Shown: piece after piece, positions 23,598-36,442 of the stretch
Layout: each line of letters starts with the position of its first letter
Position numbering within the stretch: position 1 is the first letter of the stretch
Assembly (NCBI RefSeq): GCF_006345805.1
Contig: NC_043013.1
Coordinates: 48,546,001-48,610,000 of the forward strand
Direction of reading: 5' to 3'
Origin: Octopus sinensis
Lineage: Eukaryota
DNA: 64,000 bases
The notes under the pieces: generated by a model
Databases searched by the model: none
Seen by the model: the letters and a program-made list of their open reading frames with translations, nothing else
Told to the model about the DNA's origin: nothing
Made by a program: the position numbers and the translations under genes

Positions 23598-24165
23598 TCA
23601 TCATCATCATCATCATCATCATTTAACGTCCGCTTTCCATGCTAGCATGGGTTGGACGGTTCAACTGGGGTCTGGGGAGCCCGAAAGCTGCACCAGTCCA
23701 GTCAGATCTGGCAGTGTTTCTACAGCTGGATGCCCTTCCTAACGCCAACCACTCCGAGAGTGTAGTGGGTGATTTTATGTGCCACCGACACAGGTGCCAG
23801 ACGAGGCTGACAAACGGCCACGCTCGGATGGTGTTTTTTATGTGCCACCAACACAGGTGCCAGACGAGGCTGGCAGACGGCCACGCTCGGATGGTGTTTT
23901 TATGTGCCACCGACACAGGTGCCAGACGAGGCTGGCAGACGGCCACGCTCGGATGGTGTTTTTATGTGCCACCGACACAGGTGCCAGACGAGGCTGGCAG
24001 ACGGCCACGCTCGGATGGTGTTTTTTATGTGCCACCACCGACACAGGTGCCAGATGAGGCTGGCAACGGCCACGATCGGATGGTGCTTGTTACGTGCCCA
24101 CAGCACGGAGGCCAGTCGATGCGGTACTGGCTACGGCCACGTTCGGATGGTTTTCTTATGTGCCA
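23598..24165 (-). mobile_element. Family C with expanded 62-bp internal tandem
   Basis: Five units starting at 23779, 23842, 23904, 23966 and 24029. Confidence 0.85.
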
Positions 24166-24180
24166 TATATATATATATAT

Positions 24181-24219
<39 letters not shown>

Positions 24220-24739
24220 TTTTATAAATAAATAATTAGAAAATGGAGCAAACCATAGATTAACTCACACATCGATTGGAGCACATTTATATCTTATTTA
24301 TGGATACAAAGCATGACATAACAAATCTTACAGCCATTTCCAATCAGCTTTCCAGAATGAGACTACAGGTTAGGGGTTAAGGGGAGGCAAGAGGTACTGA
24401 TAAATCAGTGGCACTACGAAAAGTAGGGAAAGAAATAGGGCTAAACCTTGTATATAGCGAATTGTAGTAATAATTGGGTATGTACAGGTATGTAAGAAAC
24501 ATGTATCCTATAGGTGTTCTGCAGTGCATAAATAAAATGGCACTAACAGTTAGGCAGATAATATTTAAGGCCAAGTCATGTGCTGAAATAATATCAAATA
24601 ATGAAACTACCTCGTTAACAACAGTGTTCTAAGGAAGCTTCATAAGCATTACATAAAACATAAAAGTATATAGTTCCTACTATTAATAAACCAATTTAAA
24701 ACAATATAAAATCAGAATCAAAATGAAAATCGATCAACA

Positions 24740-25158
24740 TGAATGGAAATTGCAGCTGTGATACTAGTGCCGGTGGCACATAAGAGAACCATCCGAACAT
24801 GGCCGTTGCCAGTGCCACCCCGACTGGCCTCCGTGCCGGTGGCACGTAAAAAAAGCACCATCCGTGGCCATTGCCAGCCTCGCCTGGCCTCCGTGCCAGT
24901 GGTACGTAAAAAGCACAGTCCAACCGTGGCTGTTTGCCAGCCTCGTCTGGCACCTGTGCCGGTGGCATGTAAAAAGCACTCGCTACACTCTCAGAGTGGT
25001 TGGTGTTAAGAAGGGCATCCAGCTGTAGAAACTCTGCCAGATCAAGACTGGAGCCTGGTGCAGCCTTCTGGCTTCCCAGACCCCAGATGAACCGTCCAAT
25101 GCATGCTAGCATGGAAAGCGGATGCTAAACGACGACGACGATGATGATGATGATGATT
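24740..25158 (+). mobile_element. Family C
   Basis: Same tail; about three internal subrepeats. Confidence 0.8.
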
Positions 25159-26139
25159 ATGGCACTCATGGGTGCCAAATCCATTCACAAGGCTGAAGGC
25201 TATAGCTGAAGACACTTGCCTAAAGTGTCATGCAGTGGAACTGAACATGGAACCATGTGGTTGAGAAGCATTTATAATTAATGAAAGATCATTGATACAC
25301 CAGTTGCCTATATCTTGGTGAGCCTGGAAAGACTATGGGGTGCCTAGATTTTCTTGAATTAGATTATAAAATGAACAAATGAAGGTGCCTCAATGTAGTG
25401 CTTCACTTTCTATAAACAGTTGCCATTCTATCGTTTTACAAACGAAAGATATGTTGGACAATGTGATACTAGATTCACAGATATGTCAGGATGATCAAAC
25501 TGGAATACTTTTGGTCAGAGCTCAGTTGGATTAGGATTGTCCAGAGTTTATATATATATATAGAGAGAGAATGAAGACAAAAGAGATTTTCTATTTATAG
25601 AAATAGGGATGAAATAAATGTCAGAAGTTCTTCCTAAAGAAATCAAAGTAGAAAGGGGTTATAATGCCCTAGATGATGTTTACTTCTATTTGACAAACAG
25701 ATTTTGTATCAAGAAAACTAGGCCAATGCTAGATGGTCACAATGACCACCTATATACCAAAAAGTTATAGAGAATACAGAGATTCCTTTACACTTATATA
25801 CATCAGCTTTATACTTATCTAGTAGTTGTTGATAATCTTGTTTAAGAGGAGCCCCCAAAAAATCATAACAAAATGGAAAACAATTTTTTTTATTCTAATG
25901 ATTTGGTCTCAAGGGGTTTGTAACACAGGTCCTCATGCTCAATTGTTTTTCTTTATCTTTTTCAGTTGTTTCAGCCATGAATTCCACACATGCTGGAGAA
26001 TCACCTTGAATGGCTATTGACTGTATCAACCCAAGTCCTTTGGGTTTTGGGGTTTTAATTATTTTAATAAAATTTAACATTCCTCCTGTTTACCTCCATT
26101 TGTTCTAAAACCACTTTGTTGTGGGACATATTTTTTATC

Positions 26140-26538
26140 TTTTATCTGTTTGTTTGTTTCAATCATTAAGCTGTGGCCATGCTGAAGCACTGCCTTGAAG
26201 ACTTTTTAGCCAGATGAATTGACCACAGTACTTATTTCTTTTTTCTGTAAGCTTGATACTTATTCTATCAGTTACTTTTGCCAAACTGCTAAGTTACAGG
26301 GACGTAAACACACCAACACTGGTTGTCAAGTGGTGAAGGGGCAGAAACACAGACACAAAGACACATATTTATATATGATGGGCTTCTTTCAATTTCTATT
26401 GACCATGTCCACTGACAAGGCTTTGGTAGGTCTGGGGCTATAATAGAAAACACTTGCCTAAGGTGTCACACAGGGGGATTAAACCTTGGGTTATGTGGTT
26501 AGGAAGCAAGCTTCTTACCACACAGCCATGTGTGCACT
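26140..26538 (-). mobile_element. SINE-A (CpG-decayed)
   Basis: Family match. Confidence 0.8.
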
Positions 26539-26633
26539 TATAACCCAGAGCACTATTTTTCAACTGGTGTCAATATTATGACAGACAGATAAAAATGCAT
26601 GCATAAATTACACACGTGCAAACACACACACGT

Positions 26634-26668
<35 letters not shown>

Positions 26669-26804
26669 AATGCACACTCACACACTGATGTAGACACATA
26701 AGAGAAGCAATTTTTATCAACCAACCAACCGACCAACCAACTGACCATTTAGCCAACCAGTTTTACTCACAAGCTATTGGGCATTAGGAAATCTGATAGG
26801 CACG

Positions 26805-27063
26805 TAAAAAGCATGGATGGGCACGTAAAAAGCACCATCCAATCATGGCTGTTGCCAGCCTCGTCTGGCACCTGTGCCGGTGGCATGTAGAAAGCACCCA
26901 CTACACTCACGGAGTGGTTGGCATTAGGAAGGGCATCCAACTGTAGAAACACTGCCAGATCAGACTGGAGCCTGGTGCAGCCTCCTGGCTTCCCAGACCC
27001 CAGTTGAACCGTCCAACCTATGCTAGCATAGAAAGTGGACGTTAAACGATGATGATGATGATG
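26805..27063 (+). mobile_element. Family C
   Basis: Same tail. Confidence 0.8.
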
Positions 27064-27494
27064 ATTCTGTTTGTGGAAGACACTAAACACAAGACGTCAT
27101 GCAGTGAGATTGAACTTGAAGCCACATGGATGTGCTATTAATATATTAATATATTGATATCGACTCCATTATCTGTACTTTTAACATTAACACTTCGACT
27201 TAAGCTCTTACTGCTGTAGTTTTGATACAACTACGCAGAAATATGTATTTATATATACACATATTTACACAATATTGCTATTGATCTCCAGTAATGCATC
27301 CATCTATTTTTCTTGTTAACATACACATTTATGGTATATCATCGTCAGCATCATCATCATCATTTAAGGTCTGTTCTCTATGTTGGCATGGGTTTAGACA
27401 GTTGAAAGGAGCTGTCTGTGTTGGGCTTGGTTTCTACTGCTGGATGCCCTTCCTAATGCCAACCACTTTATAGAGTGGACTCTCTTTCTCTTTC

Positions 27495-27880
27495 TCTTTT
27501 ACTTGTTTCAGTCATTTGACTGCGGCCATGCTGGAGCACCGCCTTTAATCGAGCAAGTCGACCCCGGGACTTATTCTTTTGCAAGCCCAGTACTTATTCT
27601 ATCAGTCTCTTTTGCCGAACCGCTAAGTAACGGGGACATAAACACACCAGCATCGGTTGTCAAGCAATGCTAGGGGGACAAATACAGACACACAAACACA
27701 CACATATACATATAAACGACGGGCTTATTTCAGTTTCCATCTACCAAATCCACTCACAAGGCTTTGGTCGGCCCGAGGCTATAGTAGAAGACACTTACCC
27801 AAGGTGCCACGCTGTGGGACTGAACCCGGAACCATGTGGTTGGTAAACAAGCTACTTACCACACAGCTACACCTGCGCCT
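27495..27880 (-). mobile_element. SINE-A
   Basis: Full-length family match. Confidence 0.9.
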
Positions 27881-28328
27881 GGGTGTCTTTTATGAGTAAC
27901 CAGCATGGGTGACTTTTACATGTCACTGGTATGAGTGGTTTTTGCAATTAGCTTGACTGTGTCTTCTCAAGCGTAGCAAATTGCCAGAAGTCTCAGTCAC
28001 CTGTCATCGCCTTTGGTTGTCAAGTCTCACAGACATGATAACAAGTGACTGAGACTTCTGGTGATTTGCTGTGCTTGAGAAGACACAGTCAAGCTAAGTG
28101 AAATAGTGATCATAGCCAATGTTGATGGATTAACTGAAAAGTATATCTTTGCTCACTACATTAGGTAGAGTAGCCTGCACTTAACTATATATTCTTCAAG
28201 CAGAGAACACTAATCCTTGAATTATTTTCACACAAAGAATCTATATCTACTGTTATAAGGTCTTCAAAACTGCAAATTGACTGCAGAGGTCTAATAAGGC
28301 TGTAATATATATATGTATGTATTTATAA

Positions 28329-28396
<68 letters not shown>

Positions 28397-28398
<2 letters not shown>

Positions 28399-31300
28399 TA
28401 GAAGGTTTGGAGGTGATGTGCAGGTATTATATATTAGAAGAAATAAGGTACTCAGAAATCTGGATGGTTTTATATTTACAGATTTTTATTAATACGTCAC
28501 ATGTTTTTTATAAATCATATATTAGCATTTGCATCCACTCTAGTGGATTCTTCAGATTGAATTTTTTGAAGAGATTTGCCTCTTTTTATAGTATTATTGA
28601 GTGTGTAGGGGTGGAGAGAGATATAGGATAGTAAAAGAGGGTGAGGAATGGGAAGAAAGTGAGAGAGAGTGCACGGGTGTGTGTCAGTGTGCCTTTGCAT
28701 CTTAGATGAGTGTCAGTGGAAAAGAGATGGAAAAGAGAAGGAAGAGAGAAAGAAGAAAAAGTGTATTTACTTCTATACAGCTGGTCAGTTCTTTCAATAG
28801 AAAGTGATTCTTGGCCTTTAAAAATGGCAAAACCAGGTGGCTACTCCAAGGGGTGTCTTGTTTTGATAAATACTATTTTTCAAAAAATTGTCTGGATTTC
28901 TTTTCATCATTGTCCAGTGAGAGAGAGAGAGAGAGTATGTTTTTTGTGTGTGTGTGTATATGTGTGCATGTGTGTGTGTGGAAAAGAAGTGTCAATGGAA
29001 AAGAGAAGGAAAGAAAGAAGGAAGATAGGAAGAAGAAAAAATTGTGTTGACATCTATACTGCTGTTCAGTTCTTTCAATCCAATGTTTGATTGCTGGTAT
29101 GAGTTGGAGAATCTGGATGTAAGATTGTTTCTATTTATGTATATTCACACATATGTGTGTGTTTTCAATACAATTTACTTTACAAAATTGGTACTTCATC
29201 CAGTATAAATCATTTTCAGCCATCCAGTTTGGAGGAGAACTTTGTTATGAAGTATTTTTCCATATTTTTCCTGAAGAAGGTGTCATTCCTTGGGCATTTA
29301 TAGAAGGGAAAGATCTCCAATTTTCCTTCTCCACATGTATCTAAGTGTTAACTCCGTGGAATCTTTCGCAATTCCTCCTTTCGGACATGTTGTCCGTGAA
29401 TTCTGGCTCGTTGGCATAAAGAATTTCCAGTTTCACCTATATAATTCTCCTTGCATGTGGGGCAGGTTATGCAGTATATTACGTTCTGCATCTTGCAACT
29501 CATGTCTGCATTTACTTTGAATGTGTGACTACTTTTAAATTTTATTTGTTTGTTTCCCTCTATATATTTGTAGATGGGGTTACTGCAGATCCCACATCTA
29601 CCATTTCCACACTCTTTTACAAAGTCTCTGATGAGAATTTCGCTCTTGTTAGTTGTTTCTTCAGGTTCTTGTCTTGTCGTTTACTGTTTTTTATGCAATA
29701 CTTGTTTAATATGTTTCCCATTTTTGGGCTTTGTAGGACTATTGGTAAGTTTGAATGTATGATTTGAAACATGTTGGTAACTCTAGGGTTGTGTGTGTTT
29801 ATGAAAGGGATGAAGTCTTCTTTGTTTTTCGTTTTTGGAGTTCTGAGTTGTGTGATGACCAGTTTCATTGCTCTTGAGATTTCGTTTTTTATTAATTTGA
29901 GTGGGTATTTTTGTTCTAGTAGAAAGTTTTTAAGTTAATTTAGTCTTATTTGGCGTGTTTGTGAGTCGGTTACTATGCTGCATATGTGTCTTGCCATACT
30001 ATATGGAATATTTCTTTTTATGTGGGATGGGTGGCAGGAGTAGAAATTTAAATATTGGTGTGTGTCGGTTTTTGTAGATGTCTGTTGCAACGATGGAGTT
30101 GTGTATCTTGATGTTGATGTCTAGAAAGGGAAGTTCGTTGTGGCTGGTATCTATCGTGAAGTTGATAGATGGGTGCCGTGTGTTGAGGATGTTGTGGAAT
30201 GTTCGTAGAATCTTCTGATCTGTTCCAAAAGATGAAACAGTTATCGAGGTAGCGTTTCCACTTTTTCTTAATGTCTTCTCTGAAGTCGTGTTCGAAGACT
30301 TTCCCTATTTCATTGTATAGTTTGTTCTCAAGGAAACCCATCACCAGGTTGGCATATGAAGGTGCGAATTTCGTACCCATAGCCGTGTCCTTTATCTGTC
30401 GGTATGTTTTGTTGTTAAATGAGAATGTGTTTTCTTCAAATATTAATTGGGTGGCTTTGGTGATAAAGTCTGTTTTGAAACGTTTATCTATGAGTTCCCT
30501 GTATTTTTCTACCCATTGTTTTATCGCTTCCAGACCCAGGGTGTGTAGTATTTTCGTGTATAAGTTTGTGACATCGAAGCTTGCAAGTATGGTGTTTTCC
30601 GGAACCGTATTTGGAATGTGTGTGAGGAAGTCTATGTCATCCCTTATGTAGCTTGGTATCAGTGGGCATAAAGGTTTGAGGAGTACATCTATGAAGTTAG
30701 TTGTTGTGTTGGTGCCTGGGGCCCTGCCACTATTGGTCTCATTGTGAGGTCTGCGGGCCTTTGTATTCTTATATAATGGTTCCTCTGTTCCTTTATAGCT
30801 CTCTGTATTTCAGAGCTTTTATGAACTTTAGGTAATCCATAAAAGTTGCTTTCTTTGGTTCTTGAGTTGCATAAATAATCTTTCTCCTTATCTGTAAAGG
30901 AGTCCTGGTAATCATTGACTAATGTTCCAACTTCTTTAATGTTGCTTTCTCCGGTGGCGTTGGTTCCTCTTTACAGTATGTATGGTTGTTAAGCATCTTC
31001 AGTATCTTTTCTTTGTAGTAAGCTGTATCCATAATTACTATTGCCCCACCTTTGTCAGCTTCTTTTATAATGATCGACTTGTCATTCCTTAGTTTTTGTA
31101 AGGCTTGTTTTTCTCCTCTGCAGAGTTTCTGTCTGCATTTATGTGTGTTGAGAGGAATTTGGAGATTGTCTCTATGAATGCGTCTAGGTGTTTGTCACTT
31201 TCCTTGTAAGGGATGAAATGGGATTTTTTTCTTATGATTGAGTTGTCTTCTGTTTCGTTATTTCCAAAGAATTCCATAAGGCGGAGGCGGCGGCTAAAGT

Positions 31301-31968
31301 TATCAATATCAGTTTTTCCAGTTTTCCCAGCACGTGAATCAAACATTGGATTGAAAGAACGGAACAGCGATATAAATGTCAACACAATTTTTTCTTCTTC
31401 CTATCTTCCTTCTTTCTTTCTTTCTCTTTCCCATTGACACTCCTTTCAGATACACAGGCAATCCCCCTCCAAAAAAACACACACACACACTCTCTCTCTC
31501 TCTCTCACTGGACAATGATAAAAAGAAAGCCAGTCAATGTCTTGAAAAATAACATTTATCAAAACAAGCCACATCGTTTTGCCAAAGGTCAAGAATCACT
31601 TTCTATTGAAAGAACTGACCAGCTGTATAGACGTAAACACACTTTTTCTTCTTTCTCTCTTCCTTCTTCCTTTCCTTCTCTTTTCCATTGACACTCATTT
31701 AAGATGCAAAGGCACACTCACACACACGCGCGCACTCTCTCTCACTTTCTCCCAATTCCTCACCCTATTTTACTATCCTATATCTCTCTCCACCCCTACA
31801 TACACAATGATACTATAAAAAGAGACGAATCTCCTCAAAAATTCAATCTGAAGAATCCACCAGAGTGGATGCAAGCGCTAATATATGATTTATAAAAACA
31901 TGTGATATATTAATAAAAATCTGTGAATATAAAACCATCCAGATTTCTGAGTACCTTATTTTTTCTAA
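28397..31968 (-). mobile_element. Penelope-like element (GIY-YIG type), 5'-truncated, with inverted pseudo-LTRs
   Basis: Minus-strand RT and GIY-YIG remnants flanked by about 650-bp inverted repeats (28434-29100 vs 31326-31968); inserted at (TA)n. Confidence 0.9.
29216..31330 (-). pseudogene. Disrupted PLE reverse transcriptase and GIY-YIG endonuclease ORF
   Basis: Translations: DNFSRRLRLMEFF; MRPIVAGP; ASFDVTNLYT; AMGTKFAPSYANLVMG; WKRYLDN; NVIYCITCPTCKENYIGETG; EKYFITKF. Contains frameshifts and stops. Confidence 0.9.
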
Positions 31969-32160
31969 CACACACACACACATACATATATCACCTTCAT
32001 CGTCGTCATCATCCGTTTTCCATGCTGGCATGGGTTAGATGGTTCGACTGGGTTTTGGGAAGCCAGGAGGCTACACCAGGCTCCAGTCTGATCTAGCAGT
32101 GTGTCTACATCTGGATGCCCTTCCTAATGCCATCCACTCCGAATATATATATATAATATA

Positions 32161-32203
<43 letters not shown>

Positions 32204-32220
32204 ATATATATACATATGTA

Positions 32221-32339
32221 GAAGAGCGTAGGTTCGAAACGTAAAAGACTTTTTCTATTCCTGAGCGTTATACTAATACATTTGTTTGTTTTGTACACCA
32301 CCTGTCTTCGTCTTTTGTTTTTTTTTCGTAAACTCTCCC

Positions 32340-32340
<1 letters not shown>
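32221..32340 (+). mobile_element. PLE 3' end fragment starting inside a hammerhead-like core
   Basis: GAAGAGCGTAGGTTCGAAACGT... between (TA)n tracts; similar to 62050-62196. Confidence 0.45.
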
Positions 32341-32387
<47 letters not shown>

Positions 32388-32444
32388 GGCGGTGCCCCAG
32401 CATGGCCACAGCTCATAAGCTGAAACTGGAAAATCAAAATCATA

Positions 32445-33185
32445 CTAGCTAAAGGTGACCCGCTCTACGCGCGGGTAAGAGTGTGGTTGTTACTTTCTGT
32501 TGCTTCCTTTCGGCACGTAAAAAGTGGTGTTGTAGCAGATATCTGCTACAACACCACTATCTGTTTTTTTGACATCTACCCATCCACATACACATTCACG
32601 CACACACATAGGTATTAATACAGTTATATTCATTCACTCACACAGACACTCATTCACAAAAGAATTTAACAAAACCCACCATACATACGACCTGTTCCAA
32701 ATCACCTTACTTTTCTCTCCCCCTACTTCGTTTGAACTCTTGAACCTTTAGAATCTTCTAGAATTTTCTACATTCAACCAGTTTGACGTCACTCCTTATA
32801 AAGGAATATTAAAGAGACACTCATTATCGCTATGCGCTCCGTGAGAGCAGTCATCTAAAAGTTTTTGTGAATCTTGATGTTGACATAAATTCCTTGTTTT
32901 TCCTGATGAGAAAGCGGCATAATGTACCCCTTATTCCTTCACAATTAGGAATATGCAGCCTTCGAAACATATTTCGAAAATAAAGGAAATTTGTTAATTT
33001 GTCGTTCAACTCCATTCTTTCATTTATTCATAAATTTTATAAAAATACACACAAATTTCCACACGAAAACACGTAGTCTCTGCCCTAGGCACGTAATTTC
33101 AACCGTGTTATTTCTGATGTGAATTTGCTACCCAGGTAACGGTTAAACGAATTATCCATAAAAAGATATTTCATTTTTCTACTCA
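32445..33185 (-). mobile_element. Helitron-like element
   Basis: Minus-strand end CCCGCGCGTAGAGCGGG hairpin plus CTAG at 32445-32448; 5' boundary uncertain. Confidence 0.5.
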
Positions 33186-33224
33186 AATATATATATATAT
33201 ATATATAATATATATATATATATA

Positions 33225-33660
33225 TGAAAAAACAAGTAAAAAATAGAAAATGCTAAAATAATTTTATAGTGAACATTTCAGTACCGGTTTCGGTCATTTT
33301 GAGACCTTTTCAACTGTAACGATTAAATAATTAAATTTAGAAAAATTAGAAGAAAAGTTTTCTTAAAAGAATATTTCTATAGTAGTGTTCAGATTTAAGT
33401 GGCATTCTGCCTTTCTCTGACTCCCTTGTTTGCACTTGTGTGTTCGAAGTAGTTGTGAGTTTTTGGTAGGGTAGTAGAGGGAAGGCTGGTGAGGAAAGGG
33501 GGGTGGGAGAATCTGGGAGTGCCCTGATGGTCGTATTCAAAATACGTAAAATATGTAAAAAATGTAATATATAAATAAATATCTACAAATATGAACCATC
33601 TGATCTGATTACCTCAATTTTTCTAATATATATACCTGTACATCATCTCCAAACCTTCCG
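33225..33660. mobile_element. PLE terminal fragment(s) in (TA)n
   Basis: Contains the hammerhead motif; its right end (TACCTGTACATCATCTCCAAACCTTCC) resembles the 3' tail of the large PLE. Confidence 0.55.
33274..33321 (-). ncRNA. Minimal type-I hammerhead ribozyme motif (C3U/G8A variant) in a PLE fragment
   Basis: Minus strand: CGTTACAG-TTGAAAA-GGTC(tcaaaat)GACC-GAA-ACCGGT-A-CTGAAATG; stems I and II pair; palindromic helix III; GUA cleavage triplet. Confidence 0.65.
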
Positions 33661-33672
33661 ATATATATATAA

Positions 33673-33735
<63 letters not shown>

Positions 33736-33824
33736 CATACACACGTAGCATACATAACGACCCCTCCCCAATGTGTATGTGAATGTGTTTATGTATGTGT
33801 GTATGTGTATATATATGTATATGT

Positions 33825-34410
33825 GTCCGACCGTTCGACCGTGGTCGAGACAATAGAATTTACTATGTTACGCCAGACTTCACGGTCCATCATAGCATTA
33901 TGTAGGTCCTGTTTCTGGATGCCTGTATCTCTGGAGATTACATCAGGGTAGGAGAGTGTGCGCCCTCTGGTATCGCGAGCAGATGGCTTCCAGAGAAGAG
34001 TAGAAATTACCTCGTTTTCAGCTCTACAACAATGTCCAGCAAACTGGACTCTTCTACCTTTCACAAGAGATGATACAGGTGTCCACTCACACACGCACAC
34101 TACTTTCCCACTCTCCTTCTTTGTATCGTCCACTTTCCTTTCACACTGTTACGAATCCCCTGCACAGGGGTTTTGTTCAGTTGTCTGTACCATTTCTTAT
34201 ATTATTCACCTCCATGTACCTTGAGGGTGGATATGTTCTGACACATTTTCATTGTCATCTCTCTCTCTCCCCTGACTGGAGTAGCTATGTGCCTGCCCTC
34301 AACAGCATGACACCCGTTTCTATCCTTCTGTCGTAGTTCCACCTCTCATTACCAGGCACAAAAGTCACCTCCCATAATACTACACCCTCTCGTTGTGGGA
34401 TCTTTGTCTA
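33825..34410 (-). mobile_element. RTE-clade LINE 3' fragment
   Basis: RRVQFAGHCCRA...LLWKP...RGR...MMDREVWR. Confidence 0.8.
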
Positions 34411-34413
34411 GTA

Positions 34414-34631
34414 CAGTGGTTTTTAACCAGGGTTCTGCGGAACCTTAGGGTTCCGCCAGTACAGTCCAGGGGTTCCGCAAGGAGTTACAAAACTGCTAAA
34501 ATCGGCAGTAATTTTTAATTCTCCTGTGCAGATATGTGTGCATAAGACTATTAAATTATTGCACAGGGGTTCCTCGAGCCAGTGGAATGTTTCCTTGGGG
34601 TTCCGCTCTGGCAAAAGGTTGAAAAGCACTG
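34414..34631 (+). mobile_element. hAT (Charlie-like) MITE
   Basis: TIR CAGTG(G/C)TTTTYAACC; imperfect TSD GTCTAGTA/GCCTAGCA. Confidence 0.8.
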
Positions 34632-34844
34632 GCCTAGCAAGTCACTTGGTGACCTTATTGGTGCTGGTGCCACGTAAAATGGCACTTTGTACAATCTGTA
34701 AAGAGGTTGGTGTTAGGAAAGACATCCAGCCATAGAAAGCTCTACTGCCAAAGCTGACAGTAGAGCTTGATGTAGTCCTCTGGCCAACGGACTTTAAATG
34801 ATGATGACCATGGTGATGATGATGATGTGTGTGCGCGTGTGTTT

Positions 34845-34895
<51 letters not shown>

Positions 34896-35041
34896 ATACA
34901 GCTTTGAAAGAACACAGTATGATGATAAAGGTGTTAATTTAATGATAAAAGATACCTTCAATGTTTCAAAACAATTCATCTTTTTTGAGAACAAAAAGGA
35001 AAAGATGGGAAATACACACACACACAAACACACACACACAA

Positions 35042-35108
<67 letters not shown>

Positions 35109-35248
35109 AACACGCACACACATATGGAGAGCAAGAGAGATTTATTTACGAAGTGGTGATGAAAGAAAAAAAAAAATGGTCTTTGCCTGGGATGACGCCA
35201 TCCTATAAAAGGGCATAAAACAAGTGTGGTGTTGGAAAGTGTATAGGG

Positions 35249-35467
35249 CAGTTGTTTTCAACCAGATTTCCACGGAACCTTAGGGTTCCGCCAGTACAGT
35301 CCAGGGGTTCCGCAAGAAGTTACAAAACTGCTAAAATCGGCAGTAATTTTTAATTCTCCTGTGCAGATATATGTGCATAAGACTATTAAATTATTGCACA
35401 GGGGTTCCTCGAGCCAGTGGAATGTTTCCTTGGGGTTCCGCTCCAGCAAAAAGGTTGAAAAGCACTG
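35249..35467 (+). mobile_element. hAT MITE, second copy
   Basis: Near-identical to 34414-34631; perfect 8-bp TSD GTATAGGG. Confidence 0.85.
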
Positions 35468-36024
35468 GTATAGGGGCTTGTTTAAAGATGTGTGTGTATG
35501 CATGCGTGTGTATGTGTGTAGAGAACATGCAGCAGGGTGTGTTTTTTTTTAATGTGTGTAGAAGTGACATGGTATGTTTGTACATGTGGGGAGGTATGTG
35601 TGTTTGTATGCATAGTGCATGCATATATGGACAACGTCGCTAAGTGCTACGTGTATGAGGGTGCTTTGGGTGTGTGCACCGTGCGTGTGTGTACATGTCC
35701 GTGTGTCCGTGTGTCCGTGTGAGGCCAGGCGTACATTTTTATGAGACTCATGTGGGTTTCTGTAATGAATATTGGTACATATCGCAGGAATGTGGAAGGC
35801 TTTTGCGTTGTTTCGTGGAGCGCGTGAATGCAATTTAAATTACGTTCTTTGATCGAAGAATGCCTACGTTTGCGTGAGATTAAAACAGGAACATGTATTG
35901 GTTGTGATATAATGCCGGGAGTTTGCCTGCAACTGTTTCGTGAATGTACAAAGTAAATTAAATTTTTGTGTGTGAACAAGCGTTGTGATTATCTAAGAAA
36001 GAGGAAAAGACTTTCCTTACTATT

Positions 36025-36231
36025 TTACTCTTTTACTTGTTTCAGTCATTTGACTGCGGCCATGCTGGAGCACCGCCTTTAATCGAGCATCTCGACCCCG
36101 GGACTTATTCTTTTTGTAAGCCCAGTACTTATTCTATCGGTCTTTTTTTGCCGAACCGCTAAGTGACGGGGACGTAAACACACCAGCATCGGTTGTCAAG
36201 CAATGCTAGGAGAACAAACACAGACACATAA

Positions 36232-36284
<53 letters not shown>

Positions 36285-36442
36285 CGACAGGCTTCTTTTC
36301 AGTTTCCGTCTACCAAATCCACTCACAAGGCATTGGTCGGCCCGGGGCTATAGCAGAAGACACTTGCCCAAGAGGCCACGCAGTGGGACTGAACCCGGAA
36401 CCATGTGGTTGGTTAGCAAGCTACTTACCACACAGCCACTCC
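36025..36442 (-). mobile_element. SINE-A
   Basis: Full-length family match. Confidence 0.9.

Noticed and set aside
23639-24235. 198-aa and 107-aa repetitive ORFs
   Set aside because: Read-through of the 62-bp tandem in a LINE-UTR repeat; open in several frames on both strands.
24611-34979. Minus-strand microexons at 24611-24628 and 34956-34979
   Set aside because: Plausible splice signals but too short to support without transcripts; no coherent gene model links them.
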